Positions 41,608 to 53,025 of a stretch of 64,000 nt of DNA are shown here, piece after piece. The notes beneath the pieces are model-generated. The model had not been told where the DNA came from and did no database searches. It worked only from the letters and a program-made list of their open reading frames with translations. Source of the stretch: a virus. The stretch lies in IMG/VR virus record IMGVR_UViG_3300037502_002145, positions 51,872-115,871 of that record. The stretch is one strand, 5' to 3'. The first letter of the stretch is position 1. Every line of letters starts with the position of its first letter. Position numbers and translations under genes: made by a program.

Positions 41608-42387
41608 TTGAGTTATAAAAAACTATTAGATGGAATGACATGGAGTTTTTCTCGATTGCATTTGTATGAAACATGTCCTTATGCTTTTTATAAAAAATAC
41701 ATAGAAGAAGAAGAGGGAGAAACAAACTTTTTTGCAGAGAATGGAGCGATAATGCATCAGATTATTGAGAAAATCTTAAAATGTGAATTATCTATAGAAG
41801 ACGCTCCTGCTTATTATATTGATGAATATGAAAATATATATTCAAAAACAAAAGAGTCAACAATGGAAAATATTTTTAACAAGTGTTTAGATTACTTATG
41901 CACATTAGATGAGTTAGATAAGGATAAATATGAAATTGTGTGGGTTGAGGGTAAAGTTAATTTTAAAATAGGTAAGTATAATTTTAGAGGTTATCCTGAC
42001 TTGATTTTAAGAGATAAAAATACTGACGACCTTTTGCTCATTGATCACAAATCTGTTGACTATTTCTTTAAAAAAGACGGTAAGAGTGTTTTAAAAAATC
42101 AAATTGAAGGGTTTAATGCTTATAGCCATCAAATGTATTTGTATTGTAAATGGATAAAAGAACATTTTGGGAAATTCCCTACGAAGATAATTTGGAATCA
42201 TTTTAAAGATAATGGTAAATTTTCTATTATCGAATTCAACCTACAAGACTATGAGAAGACTTTAGAGTGGGCGGTTGAAGTTATCAATAAAATCTACAAA
42301 GACAAAATATTTAAAGAGAAAAAGAGTTATATGCAAGATTATGTGCTATGTGATTATAGGTACTCATGTGAATATAAAGATGATTAG
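41608..42387 (+). CDS. PD-(D/E)XK nuclease (RecB/AddB-like)
   Basis: WSFSRL..Y.TCP, G..MH, GYPDLI, IDHKS, QMYLY, CDY..SC. Confidence 0.8.
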   Translation: MSYKKLLDGMTWSFSRLHLYETCPYAFYKKYIEEEEGETNFFAENGAIMHQIIEKILKCELSIEDAPAYYIDEYENIYSKTKESTMENIFNKCLDYLCTLDELDKDKYEIVWVEGKVNFKIGKYNFRGYPDLILRDKNTDDLLLIDHKSVDYFFKKDGKSVLKNQIEGFNAYSHQMYLYCKWIKEHFGKFPTKIIWNHFKDNGKFSIIEFNLQDYEKTLEWAVEVINKIYKDKIFKEKKSYMQDYVLCDYRYSCEYKDD

Positions 42388-42398
42388 GAGGTGATAAA

Positions 42399-45300
42399 GT
42401 GTCGGAGTTATTGAACATTGTAAATAAAGTAAAAGAAAGATTGAGTTTTCAGTTTTCATATGATACAAGTAAATGGATAAATGAAATGAATATGATGATA
42501 GAAAATTATCATAAACACACAACTTGGTCTGACTTAGTTCAGATGGATTCAGCTACAGATATAAATGAATTTATTAGTTTGTCTGATTCATATGGGTGTC
42601 AATGTTATTTTTCTGGCGAACATGGATTTCAAGGTGAGTGGCTATATGTGTACGACATTTGTAAAAACACTCAAGATGATAAATATAGAACTAAAAATAA
42701 ACTATCCAAACCAATTAAATTCAGGTATTCAACTGAAGCGTATTGGGTTAAAGATATTAATGAAAAAGATAATACAAATTGTCATATTGTAATAGTTGCC
42801 AGAACATATCAGGCAATGAGAAAACTTAATTATTTAATATCAATAGCTCATACAGATGGGTTTTATTATAAGCCAAGACTAGATTTAAACCTACTATTTC
42901 AATTAAGTAAAGAAGAGGTTTATATAACTTCTTCTTGCATTGCTGGGTGGAAATATGATGACGCACAAGAAATATGGTTGAGGTTTTTTGAACACTTTGG
43001 AGATAGCTTCTTTTTAGAATATCAAGCAAATAATACCGATAAACAAAAAAAGATAAATAGGTTGATATATCAATTATCTAAGAAACATGGTATTCAAACA
43101 ATTATTGGTTTAGATACTCATTATATTAATGAAGAAGATAGAATAAAGAGAGATAATTTATTAAAAAGAAAAAGCCTATCATATCCAGAAGAAGACGGTT
43201 GGTATATGGATTTTCCCAATGGCAAAGAAGTACATAAAAGAATGATAGAGCAAGGGGTATTACCAACAGAAGAAATAATTTATGCTATGATGAATACGCA
43301 TGTTTTTATTGATGGTTGTGATGATGTAAAAATAAATACAGACTTTAAAATACCAATACTTAAAGAATACCAAAATCACACGTACAAAGAAAGATCTAAT
43401 ATATTATTGGATTTACTTAAGAAAAAATACAATGAAGAAGAGTGTCAGACAAAAGATAGAGAAGATGGAATGTATTATGAATATGGAGAAGTTGATGGAA
43501 GTCATACTGTAGATTACTTTTTAGATAACTACGCTTTAGTTAATCTTGCAAATACAAAATATGGCGGTCAATTAACTCCTACATCCAGAGGTAGTGCAAG
43601 TTCTTATTATTCTAGTAAGTTATTAGGTTTTACCACTATGGATAGATTTGAATCCGAAGTACCGATTTATCCTGAAAGATTCATTACCAAAGAGAGAATT
43701 TTATCATCTCATCAAATGCCAGATATAGATTTTAACGTTAGCAATCAAGAACCATATGTACTAGCAGCTAAAGAGTTATTTGGTGAGCATGGGTGCTATC
43801 CTTTGTTGGCAACAGGAAAATTAGGAGAAAAGTCAGGATTTAAGTTGTACGCCGATATAAGGGGAATTGAACCTAGTATTGCGAATGAGATTTCTAAATG
43901 TATTGATCAATATAACGAAGCGTTAAAACAAGTCGATGATGAAGAAGATAAAAAAGATATTCACATTGAGGACTACATAACATCTCCGAAGCATTTAAAA
44001 ATATTCAACGACAGTAAATCATATCAAGGCATTATAGAGCAAGCAAAGGTTCATGCGTGTGGTTTCTTTTTATTCAACGGTAATATTAACGAAAAAGATG
44101 TTGTGGGATATGGAGATATTCGATATGAAATAGGTCTTATCAGATGTTCTTCTGAAAGTACAGGTAAGACAACAATCGTTGCGTGTATCGAAGGTGGATT
44201 ATTGGATTCTTACGGCTATGTAAAGGATGATTTTCTTATAGTTGATGTTGTAGGTATCATTTACAAATTGTATAACAGTATTGGAATGAAAGTACCGACT
44301 GTTGGCGAGTTAAGAAAAATGGTAAATGGAGACACTAAAACATGGAGGATGTATGAAATTGGTGCTACTTGTAGTTTAAACCAATGTGAAAAACCAGCGA
44401 CGACAAAAAGAGTAATGAAGTACAAACCAAAGGAGATAAAGGAGCTCGCCGCATTTATAGCTGGAATTCGCCCGGGCTTTAAATCATTGATTGATGGATT
44501 CCTTAATAGGATTGAATACAGTAACGGAGAAAAAGCTATAGATGATCTGTTAAAAGATTGTTTTCAATACATGCTTTATCAAGAGGCGGTTATGAAAATA
44601 TTTTCCTATCTTGGTATTCCAATGAAAGAAAGTTATGATACGATTAAAAAAATAAGTAAGAAAAAGCTTGTAGGAGAAAAACTTGCTCATGTAGAAGAAA
44701 CTCTAAAAAGCCACTGGTTAGATAATATAGGCAATTTAGATAACTTTGAGCCTGTTTACAAGGTTGTAAAAGACAGTGCGAGATATTCATTTAATGCTCC
44801 ACATGCCTTGGCTATGGCAAACGATTCATTATATGAAGCATGGGTAAAGGCTCATCATACATCTACTTTTTATGAAGTCACCTTAAATCATTATCAGGAT
44901 AAAGGAGATAAGAATAAAGTTGCTGCGTTAATAAAAGAAGCAATGTCTATATTCGGCTATACTATGGGTAAATACGAATATGGAAAAGACAATTCCAAAT
45001 TTACAGTAGATGACACAGAAAAAGTAATTTACCCTAATCTAGCAAGCGTTAAGGGCATCGGTGTTCAAGTTTTAACAGACATGATGGGGATTTATAAAAG
45101 CGGATGCAATAACTTTATAGATATTTGTCAAGCGATCAGGGGAACTAAAATAAACTCTACGGTGTTTAAAAATTTAGTTAAGATAGGTTACTTTAATAAA
45201 TTTGGTTCTGTTAAAAAGTTGATATCGACTCTTGAAATATATGAATATTGGAAAGGTTCAAGTGGTGATGGCAGAAAAACCATATCCAAGTCAGACATTA

Positions 45301-45806
45301 GTGAGTTAGGATTAGAAGATGTAGATTTACATAAATTTGCCACAGATCAAACAAAAAGTGGAAAAACAAGTGATAAGCAATATACTAATTTAGATTGGGT
45401 CGGTTTAGTTAGAGAACTGTCCTCTAAATTGCCAGATGAAGAGTTTGGGATTGGAGTTCTTGTAAAATATCAGTACGAGGTTCTTGGATACATTGACTAT
45501 ATTAACCCTAAGTTAGACACGAGATATGCAGTTATAACTGATTTAGATTGTACTTATTCACCTAAATTTAATGCATATTGTATTGCCAATGGTAAGACGG
45601 CTGAAATGAAGATACATAAGAAACTAAATTACAATGACAAAGAAACAAAAGTTAGTTTTCAACAATGTCCTGTTGAAGATGGTGACATAATTTATTTAAG
45701 ACAATGTAAGAAAAAACAGAGACAAAAGAAAATAAACGATGATTGGGTTGACATACCTGACGTATTCGACTGGTGGATTAAAGATTATTATAAGGTGGTG
45801 ATTTAA
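42399..45806 (+). CDS. dnaE: DNA polymerase III alpha subunit (DnaE-type)
   Basis: PHP domain (NYHKHT, EHG, DTHY), RGSASS, MPDIDFN, HACG, KDDFL, YQE, YSFNAPHA. Confidence 0.95.
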   Translation: MSELLNIVNKVKERLSFQFSYDTSKWINEMNMMIENYHKHTTWSDLVQMDSATDINEFISLSDSYGCQCYFSGEHGFQGEWLYVYDICKNTQDDKYRTKNKLSKPIKFRYSTEAYWVKDINEKDNTNCHIVIVARTYQAMRKLNYLISIAHTDGFYYKPRLDLNLLFQLSKEEVYITSSCIAGWKYDDAQEIWLRFFEHFGDSFFLEYQANNTDKQKKINRLIYQLSKKHGIQTIIGLDTHYINEEDRIKRDNLLKRKSLSYPEEDGWYMDFPNGKEVHKRMIEQGVLPTEEIIYAMMNTHVFIDGCDDVKINTDFKIPILKEYQNHTYKERSNILLDLLKKKYNEEECQTKDREDGMYYEYGEVDGSHTVDYFLDNYALVNLANTKYGGQLTPTSRGSASSYYSSKLLGFTTMDRFESEVPIYPERFITKERILSSHQMPDIDFNVSNQEPYVLAAKELFGEHGCYPLLATGKLGEKSGFKLYADIRGIEPSIANEISKCIDQYNEALKQVDDEEDKKDIHIEDYITSPKHLKIFNDSKSYQGIIEQAKVHACGFFLFNGNINEKDVVGYGDIRYEIGLIRCSSESTGKTTIVACIEGGLLDSYGYVKDDFLIVDVVGIIYKLYNSIGMKVPTVGELRKMVNGDTKTWRMYEIGATCSLNQCEKPATTKRVMKYKPKEIKELAAFIAGIRPGFKSLIDGFLNRIEYSNGEKAIDDLLKDCFQYMLYQEAVMKIFSYLGIPMKESYDTIKKISKKKLVGEKLAHVEETLKSHWLDNIGNLDNFEPVYKVVKDSARYSFNAPHALAMANDSLYEAWVKAHHTSTFYEVTLNHYQDKGDKNKVAALIKEAMSIFGYTMGKYEYGKDNSKFTVDDTEKVIYPNLASVKGIGVQVLTDMMGIYKSGCNNFIDICQAIRGTKINSTVFKNLVKIGYFNKFGSVKKLISTLEIYEYWKGSSGDGRKTISKSDISELGLEDVDLHKFATDQTKSGKTSDKQYTNLDWVGLVRELSSKLPDEEFGIGVLVKYQYEVLGYIDYINPKLDTRYAVITDLDCTYSPKFNAYCIANGKTAEMKIHKKLNYNDKETKVSFQQCPVEDGDIIYLRQCKKKQRQKKINDDWVDIPDVFDWWIKDYYKVVI

Positions 45807-46340
45807 ATACTAGAAAGATATAAGTACAGTGAAACTGAGTTAACTCAGCTATTAAAATCCATAGTGATTTTAATTGATACACGTGAAAAGAAAAACGATA
45901 ATATTACTAGTTATTTTGACAAACATAAGATACCGTATGAAGATATAACTATGTCAAATGGAGATTATAGTTTTAAGTTACCAGCTAACCCCGAGTTGGG
46001 AATTATGAGAGATGAACATTTCTGTGACGAAATATTTATAGAGAAGAAAAATTCTCCTGAAGAACTATCTGGAAACTTTGCTCAAAATCGGACTAGGTTT
46101 GAAGAAGAATTCTCAATTTCAAAAGCAAAGCGTAAATATCTACTGATCGAGAATTGTAGTTATCACGACATCGTAAAGGGTAATTATGACACGAAATATC
46201 ACTCAAAGAGTTATTTAGGTAGTCTACATAGTTTTAATAGTAAATATAACCTTGAAGTGGTTTTTATGCCTGATAATTCGTATACCCCGATCTTCATATA
46301 TGCAACTTTTCAATATTATCTAAGAAATATATTAAAGTAG
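45807..46340 (+). CDS. ERCC4 domain nuclease; probable ATA start at 45807
   Basis: ILIDTREK, GDYS, IEKK...EL; in-frame extension ILERYKYSETELTQLLKS after AAGGTGGTG. Confidence 0.8.
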   Translation: MLERYKYSETELTQLLKSIVILIDTREKKNDNITSYFDKHKIPYEDITMSNGDYSFKLPANPELGIMRDEHFCDEIFIEKKNSPEELSGNFAQNRTRFEEEFSISKAKRKYLLIENCSYHDIVKGNYDTKYHSKSYLGSLHSFNSKYNLEVVFMPDNSYTPIFIYATFQYYLRNILK

Positions 46341-46348
46341 GTGAGTAG

Positions 46349-46600
46349 ATGGATTATTGTGTAAGTAAGCAATACGGACACTTTGTTCAAATGTGGAGAG
46401 TTTTTGCAAAAGACAAAGAAGAAGCATGGAAAATAGCAGAAACAGAAGGCAGGTTAATGTATCAAAATGTTTATGAAGAGATTTATCCAGATAGAAATTA
46501 TGTAAAGAGTATGGAAAAGATTAGTGACAACCAGATATCTAAAGAGCAATATAATATTTGGTTAGAAGAAGCTATTTCCCTCGGAATGAAATTAATTTAA
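46349..46600 (+). CDS. hypothetical protein
   Basis: 83-aa ORF with RBS. Confidence 0.55.
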   Translation: MDYCVSKQYGHFVQMWRVFAKDKEEAWKIAETEGRLMYQNVYEEIYPDRNYVKSMEKISDNQISKEQYNIWLEEAISLGMKLI

Positions 46601-46813
46601 AAACTTAAGGAAATAAATATAAAACTGTATTGACAAAGGATTAAACCTGTGATAAGATTAAATCATACCAAACGGACGGTATGATTTACATATTGCGGGT
46701 TTATTTTATAACAAGGACACTAATATAAAACCGGAACAAGTAAATAAAAGTTAAATTTCATTTACAAATCAACTAAAAACAATATTATACAATGAAAAGG
46801 AGATTGAAGTAAA

Positions 46814-47803
46814 ATGGTAGGAATTTATATGATTAAGTGTTTATCAAATGGGAAATGTTATATTGGAAAAGCGAATGATGTATTATCAAGAGAAAGACAA
46901 CATTTTTCTAAATTAAGAACAGGAAATCATCCAGTGCTGAGAATGCAAGAAGACTACAACAAATATGGATGTGATAATTTCAAATTTTCAATACTGGAAG
47001 AATGTACAGAAGACAAGTTGAACCACTTAGAGGATTATTACATATTGTCAAATCACACTGTTGAGAGTGGATATAACAGCAAGCGTGGGGATGTAGTTTC
47101 TCTTTCGTGTGAAGATTTTGATTATGTTGAGGAATTTAATTGGATGCGTAAAATAAATAATGCAAAAACACAATCAAATACTACGTTCAGATGGTTATGC
47201 TTACAATTGTTTATTAATGATTTGAATGAATTAGGCAAATCTAATTACAGTATTTCAGAATATTTAAAAGGAATAAAAGACAAGGATACGAAGTTTTATA
47301 TCGAGGTTGATAGATTGTCAGGAAGAAAACCAGAAGAGATTTCTGTTGACAATGTTATTAGGTTATATGATAAATATGTGATTTATGTTGAGTCAGCTAA
47401 AATTCCTCAAGAATATATTGAATATAAAAACAATATGATTCAAGAACTTCGTAATAGACTTAATGATATTATGAATATGGTTATAAATCCGAATTTAAAA
47501 TACGAAAAATATTCGACCCTTGAAGATGCTTTATTAAAACATGAAGGAATTGAAGAAATAATAATTAGATTAGAAGATGGAGGTCTTGATTATAGAAATA
47601 GCAATGGTACTTTTTACTTATATGAAGGGGATAATTTCAATGACAACGATGATATAACTTCTTCTCTTGTTGAAATGTTGATGGGAGAAGACTGTGAGTG
47701 GGGAGGATTTGCATTATTTATTGCAGCAATAGAAAGAAAAATGACTTTGACACTAAATGATGTTTTGAATATGGATCTAAAGCCTTACATATCAATTATT
47801 TAA
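46814..47803 (+). CDS. GIY-YIG nuclease domain protein
   Basis: GIY...CYIG...R...H, L..LE..YI, GYN. Confidence 0.85.
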   Translation: MVGIYMIKCLSNGKCYIGKANDVLSRERQHFSKLRTGNHPVLRMQEDYNKYGCDNFKFSILEECTEDKLNHLEDYYILSNHTVESGYNSKRGDVVSLSCEDFDYVEEFNWMRKINNAKTQSNTTFRWLCLQLFINDLNELGKSNYSISEYLKGIKDKDTKFYIEVDRLSGRKPEEISVDNVIRLYDKYVIYVESAKIPQEYIEYKNNMIQELRNRLNDIMNMVINPNLKYEKYSTLEDALLKHEGIEEIIIRLEDGGLDYRNSNGTFYLYEGDNFNDNDDITSSLVEMLMGEDCEWGGFALFIAAIERKMTLTLNDVLNMDLKPYISII

Positions 47804-47882
47804 ACCATAAACGAATGCTATATTAGCAACAAAATATTAATAGAACACTGTTTTTATTCGCAAATTTAAGGAGGAGATTATT

Positions 47883-48770
47883 ATAAATAAAGAATTATTA
47901 ATTCCACCTTGTGCATATCAGGGTGGAAAACAAAGGTTAGCTCCACAGATTGTAGATATTTTCTTCAAGGAAAATGAGATTAATGAGGATACAAAATTCT
48001 ATGATATATGTTGTGGAAGTGGTGCGATATCATTAGAGCTAATTAATAGAGGTATTAAACCCAACAATATACATATGGTTGACATTTCACCTTGGGGAAA
48101 GTTTTATAAAATGATAGGCGATGGGACATTCGATTTACAGAAGTTTAAAGAATTTACAGACTCTATTCCTAAAGATATCACACAAATAAAACAGTATGCA
48201 TTAAGCATAATCAATAAACCAGTAGATGATGATATGATGGTTTATCATTTCTTATTCTTACAAGCTTGTGCATTCGGTTCAACTGCAACATGGGTGGATA
48301 ATGGCAAATGGTGTAAAGCAGGAGGGCTAAGAGATTATTGGCTACCAACTGAAACGAGCAATCGTAAAAGTCCAGTAAATCCTATGATGCCAATGCCAAA
48401 CACTTTATATGAAAGAGTAGTTAATATATACAACATATTAAACAATAAGATTAATGGATATTGTATGGATGTATTTCATTTTTGTTATGTGTTAGATGAA
48501 GAGTGGGATGTTAATAAAAATAAGAATCTTATCGTCTATATTGATCCGCCATATATGAATACACAGCAATATGGATTTAGCTTTAATATTTATGAATTAG
48601 AAAGTCAAATATGGAATAATGCTCCAATCTACATATCAGAGGGTATCAAAATGGAAAGGGCTAAAGTATCACACCTGCTTTCAGAAGGTAGAACTAAAGG
48701 AAATATTAATGGGAATGCTAAAAAGAAGCCAGTTGAAGAATATTTGAATGTTTTTACATACATTAATTAA
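47883..48770 (+). CDS. Dam-like (D12 class) N6-adenine DNA methyltransferase; ATA/ATT start
   Basis: PCAYQGGKQRLA and FYDICCGSG motif I lie upstream of the first ATG (48075); YIDPPY motif IV. Confidence 0.8.
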   Translation: MNKELLIPPCAYQGGKQRLAPQIVDIFFKENEINEDTKFYDICCGSGAISLELINRGIKPNNIHMVDISPWGKFYKMIGDGTFDLQKFKEFTDSIPKDITQIKQYALSIINKPVDDDMMVYHFLFLQACAFGSTATWVDNGKWCKAGGLRDYWLPTETSNRKSPVNPMMPMPNTLYERVVNIYNILNNKINGYCMDVFHFCYVLDEEWDVNKNKNLIVYIDPPYMNTQQYGFSFNIYELESQIWNNAPIYISEGIKMERAKVSHLLSEGRTKGNINGNAKKKPVEEYLNVFTYIN

Positions 48771-49370
48771 ACTAAAATGCAAACAAAATTCCACTTTAAT
48801 TGAGTTTTCAGAAAGGAGTAAAATGTTTAAAACAAAAAGATGTCATTATAGCAAGAGTAATACTAGCGAAGATAAATCACTGGAAGATACATTGAATGAG
48901 ATATCAAAGATTGGAACAATAAGATTTATAACATCAGAATATTATGGTGGATCAGAAGTTGGCTACACAATTGTTTATGAATTAGAATAAATTCAGGTAT
49001 TAGTTGGAAAGGAGTATTAAATGAAAGGAACGTATAAAGGTTGCGAAATAGAAGTCACAAAAGAAAAATCATTAGCCGGTTATAAGATGTTATTTTATAA
49101 TATATTTGACGTATCTAATGGGCTTGAGGTCACTAGTGGTTACTCTGAAGGTGGTGATAAGGTAGTAGAGTTTTATGAATCATTAAAAGAAGTTGTAGAC
49201 GATTATAAGGATCACCCAGCGGACTATGAGTAATAAATAAACATAATAAATATAATACTGTAAATCAAAGTTGAGTTTGATGTGGTTTTAAACAACTAAT
49301 AACAAATATTTAAAACAGAAAGGAATAAATAATCCTAGGTAAATGTCTGCGCAGACGATAAGGAAGATTA

Positions 49371-50684
49371 TTGAATCCTATTTTTAATGAATACATACAA
49401 TTTTTAAATGATGCAAGTAAAAATAAACCTCCAGAGTTGAAAGAATTAAAAGAAGGATACTTTTGGTTGGATAAATCAATTATAAAATGCATTGATATGC
49501 AAGGCAATGTTCATAAGATTTTAAGAGTTAATATAGCAAACGATTTAACACATATCACCCTAACAAAGCCAAAGACAGGATATTCAAAACTAGACAACAT
49601 TGAATTAGCCAGTTGGGAAGATTTGATTACAAATAATATAAAATATTTAAAAGAAATAGAATCTGAGTCGTTAAGTTTAATTAGAGGTAAACTTGCTAAA
49701 TACAAAGAATATACACCGATAACACCAATTTCTACAGGTAAAGATTCAATGATTACAGATCATCTAGTAAGAGAAGTTAAAAAAGATGTGCATGACATAT
49801 TTAATAATTCAACGCTTGATTGTGCAGAAACATATAAAATGGCAAAAGCACATCCGAATTGTGAAATCTTAACACCAGATGAAGGGTTTTATCAATACAT
49901 AGAAAGAGATAATGTTATTCCAACTCGCTTCGCACGATTCTGTTGTAGGATTTTTAAAGTAGGAGAGATGGTAAAACGACTAGACCATAATAAAAAGTAT
50001 CTGTTCTTCATGGGCATGAGAAACGAAGAAAGTGATACCCGTAGTGATTATGGAGATGAGTGGGTTAATTCGGCAGAATGGGGAGATACAGAATGGCAAG
50101 GTATTTTACCTATCAGAAAATGGTCTGAGTTAGATGTGTGGTTATATACGTTTTGGAAGAAACTTGAGATAAATCCTAAGTACAGAAAAGGTTATTCAAG
50201 AGTTGGTTGTGCAATTGCTTGCCCCTACTATACAAAATCTACTTGGATATTAGATGTTTATTGGTATCCTACCATGAGAAAAAGATGGGAAGAAATTTTA
50301 AGAAAAGATTTCATTAATAATAAGAAATGGATAGTAATGAATTGCACAATAGAAGAATACATAACGGCAGCATGGAATGGCGGATCGTATAGAAATGAGC
50401 CAACACAAGAAGTAATTGAAGAATATGCTAAATACAATGATTTAGAAGTTGATGTAGCTACTAAATATTTCAATAAGGTTTGCAGTAACGGATGTAAAAA
50501 TACCAAAGGTAAAGAATTAAAAATAAAAGATAAGGCGGTTCTTGGTATGAACATGAAACTTTATGGCAGGCATATTGAAAAATTTAAGTGTAAGAAGTGC
50601 TTAATGAAGGAACTTAGATGGAGTAAAGAGGAGTGGAACAATCAAGTTGCCAGATTTAAAGATCAAGGTTGTAAACTATTTTAA
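49371..50684 (+). CDS. PAPS reductase family (PP-loop) protein
   Basis: ISTGKDS, RFCCRIFK, GMRNEES..R, PIRKWS, Y.KGYSRVGCAIACP. Confidence 0.85.
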   Translation: MNPIFNEYIQFLNDASKNKPPELKELKEGYFWLDKSIIKCIDMQGNVHKILRVNIANDLTHITLTKPKTGYSKLDNIELASWEDLITNNIKYLKEIESESLSLIRGKLAKYKEYTPITPISTGKDSMITDHLVREVKKDVHDIFNNSTLDCAETYKMAKAHPNCEILTPDEGFYQYIERDNVIPTRFARFCCRIFKVGEMVKRLDHNKKYLFFMGMRNEESDTRSDYGDEWVNSAEWGDTEWQGILPIRKWSELDVWLYTFWKKLEINPKYRKGYSRVGCAIACPYYTKSTWILDVYWYPTMRKRWEEILRKDFINNKKWIVMNCTIEEYITAAWNGGSYRNEPTQEVIEEYAKYNDLEVDVATKYFNKVCSNGCKNTKGKELKIKDKAVLGMNMKLYGRHIEKFKCKKCLMKELRWSKEEWNNQVARFKDQGCKLF

Positions 50685-50724
50685 TACATAGTAAAAATAT
50701 AAAACTTATAAGGAGAATGTAAAA

Positions 50725-51294
50725 ATGAGAATAGATATTATGACAGATATTGAAACGTTGGGCAGAGGAGATAATACAACAGTATTTCAGATTGCAGCGT
50801 GTGCTTTTGATATTACAACAGGGAAAATATTAAACACCTTTAACCAAATAGCTAATATTGAAAAGGATAAAGATGTTCCAATTGATGGTGGTACTTTACT
50901 TTGGTGGTTGAAGATCAATAAAGAGTTATTGACTGAATTGTTAGACAAAGGAAATGTATCGCAGAAAGAAATGTTTATAAACTTTAAAGATTGGATTAAA
51001 GAGTTATGCGATGACGAAACAAATGTATTCTTATGGGGTAATGGTATTCTGTTTGATAATAAATTAATTCAATCTAAAATGAAACAGTATAATATTGAGT
51101 ACCCAATCTTTTATAGAAACGATAGAGATATGAGAACAATTGTTGAGTTGGCGGCTTTAAAGACGGGGGTAAAAACAGAGAAGGAATTTAGAAACATTAA
51201 CAGGGGCAAAGAATATGTTGAGCATGATGGATTAGATGATGTTAAAGCTCAGATTGATGTTTTATCAAAAGCTTGGAATATTTTATTGAATTAA
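50725..51294 (+). CDS. DEDD 3'-5' exonuclease (DUF5051/exoVIII-like)
   Basis: DIETLG, WGNG..FD, RDMRT, HDGLDD. Confidence 0.8.
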   Translation: MRIDIMTDIETLGRGDNTTVFQIAACAFDITTGKILNTFNQIANIEKDKDVPIDGGTLLWWLKINKELLTELLDKGNVSQKEMFINFKDWIKELCDDETNVFLWGNGILFDNKLIQSKMKQYNIEYPIFYRNDRDMRTIVELAALKTGVKTEKEFRNINRGKEYVEHDGLDDVKAQIDVLSKAWNILLN

Positions 51295-51295
51295 C

Positions 51296-51342
51296 ATACT
51301 ATATATAGTGTTAGATGGGTTAATATATACAATATATAGATA
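51296..51342. promoter_or_regulatory. tandem NrdR boxes (31-bp spacing)
   Basis: ATACTATATATAGTGT and ATACAATATATAGATA, upstream of dcm-nrdH-nrdD-nrdG. Confidence 0.7.
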
Positions 51343-51415
51343 TATAAAACGAATAAAATGTAATTTTTATTTAGTTTAATGCGATTAATATAAAACAATA
51401 ATAAAGGAGAATGTA

Positions 51416-52768
51416 ATGGAAAAAGTTAAATTAACGATGAATGAGTTATTTAGTGGTATAGGAGCACAGAAACGTGGTATTAATCTTACCGAATTATTTG
51501 ATTGTGAGGTAGTTTGCACTTCAGATATTGATAAAGAAGCGATGCTTAGTTATGCAGCTATACATAATAGTTTAACAGAAGAAATGATAAATACATATGA
51601 TCAATATCCAAGTAGAGAAATTATGGCTCAACTACTTTCAGAAAGAAATATTGGTTACGATTTTAAGAATAATAAACCATATGATTGGAACAAACACATT
51701 AAACAAAAGAAAAATAAAACATTAGAAAAATATTACTTAGCGTGTGTTTTGTCTGATAATCTTGGAGATATAAGCTTAATTAAAGAATTACCATATGCTG
51801 ATTTATGGACTTATTCTTTTCCTTGTCAAGATTTAAGTGTTGCTGGTAAAGGGGCAGGTATTAAAAAAGGAACTAGAAGTGGATTGTTGTTAGAGGTTGA
51901 AAGACTATTAGAGATTGCAGTTAATAATGAAACACAACCTAAAATTTTAATGCTAGAAAATGTAAAAAATCTAGTTGGAAAAAATAATAAAGATGATTTT
52001 GATGCCTGGCTAAGTAAGCTTGATGAGTTAGGTTATAATACATATTGGCAAGTTGTTAATGGAAAAGATTGTGGTATTCCACAAAACAGAGAACGTGTTT
52101 TTGCAATTAGCATAAGAAAAGAATTTGACACTGGATTATTCGAATTTATGAAACCGTTTGATAATGGTCTACGATTGAAAGATTTTCTTGATTACATAGT
52201 TGAAGATAAATATTATATTAATACTGAAAAAGCAAATAATTTAATAGAACAAATAATAAAAAGGGGATATAAAAGCAACACTGTATTAGTCAAAGATCAG
52301 GCAACTAATTATAGCAAAGATATTGAATTCTCAAACACTTTAATGGCTAGAGATTGGAAGGGGTTTGGAAATCAAGATATGGTCGCAGTGGTAGAATCAA
52401 TAAGAATAGGTGGTTTATTTGATGATGATAAGAAACATCAAGCTGGTAGTATTTGGGATGTTAGTGCCATGTCTCCTACCATAGACACATGTCAAGGAGG
52501 ATATAGAGAACCATGCATTTTAACTAAAGACACAGTTTTAAAAATTAGAAGATTAATACCTAAAGAGTGCTGGAAACTTATGGGTTTTGCGAGTACAGAC
52601 ATTCAAAAGGCGATGAACATAGGTATTTCAGATACTCAATTATATAAACAAGCAGGAAATTCAATTATTACATATTGTATCAAATTATTAATGGAACATA
52701 TATACAAAGCACAGTTTGATAATACATATATTTGCTATGATGAATATGTCACAACAAAATTAATATAA
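51416..52768 (+). CDS. dcm: DNA (cytosine-5)-methyltransferase
   Basis: ELFSGIG, FPCQDLS.AG, ENV, PQNRER, RRL.P.EC, YKQAGNS. Confidence 0.95.
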   Translation: MEKVKLTMNELFSGIGAQKRGINLTELFDCEVVCTSDIDKEAMLSYAAIHNSLTEEMINTYDQYPSREIMAQLLSERNIGYDFKNNKPYDWNKHIKQKKNKTLEKYYLACVLSDNLGDISLIKELPYADLWTYSFPCQDLSVAGKGAGIKKGTRSGLLLEVERLLEIAVNNETQPKILMLENVKNLVGKNNKDDFDAWLSKLDELGYNTYWQVVNGKDCGIPQNRERVFAISIRKEFDTGLFEFMKPFDNGLRLKDFLDYIVEDKYYINTEKANNLIEQIIKRGYKSNTVLVKDQATNYSKDIEFSNTLMARDWKGFGNQDMVAVVESIRIGGLFDDDKKHQAGSIWDVSAMSPTIDTCQGGYREPCILTKDTVLKIRRLIPKECWKLMGFASTDIQKAMNIGISDTQLYKQAGNSIITYCIKLLMEHIYKAQFDNTYICYDEYVTTKLI

Positions 52769-52788
52769 CACAATAAAGGAGTGATATT

Positions 52789-52971
52789 ATAGAAGATTAT
52801 ATTTACGGTCAACTATTAACTAGAAATAAAGAAGATACAATCAGAGAATATTTTGTTATTCCATGCCAAAAGTGGTTCTTTATACGTTGGATGTTTAAGC
52901 TGGGATGGGATTATAGAGGAGAGACAGAAGTTAACGATGGCTATATTATCACTCTGACACGCAACAAATAA
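52789..52971 (+). CDS. hypothetical protein, 60 aa, ATA start
   Basis: AAAGGAGTGA RBS followed by an open frame IEDYIYGQLL...TRNK. Confidence 0.45.
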   Translation: MEDYIYGQLLTRNKEDTIREYFVIPCQKWFFIRWMFKLGWDYRGETEVNDGYIITLTRNK

Positions 52972-53025
52972 AACAATCCTAGAAATAGGTTGTTATAGAT
53001 ATCAAAACTATAAGGAGGAATTAAA

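Noticed and set aside
41608-42387. Cas4 serving the CRISPR array
   Set aside because: Embedded in the replication operon 8 kb away; typical phage RecB-like nuclease
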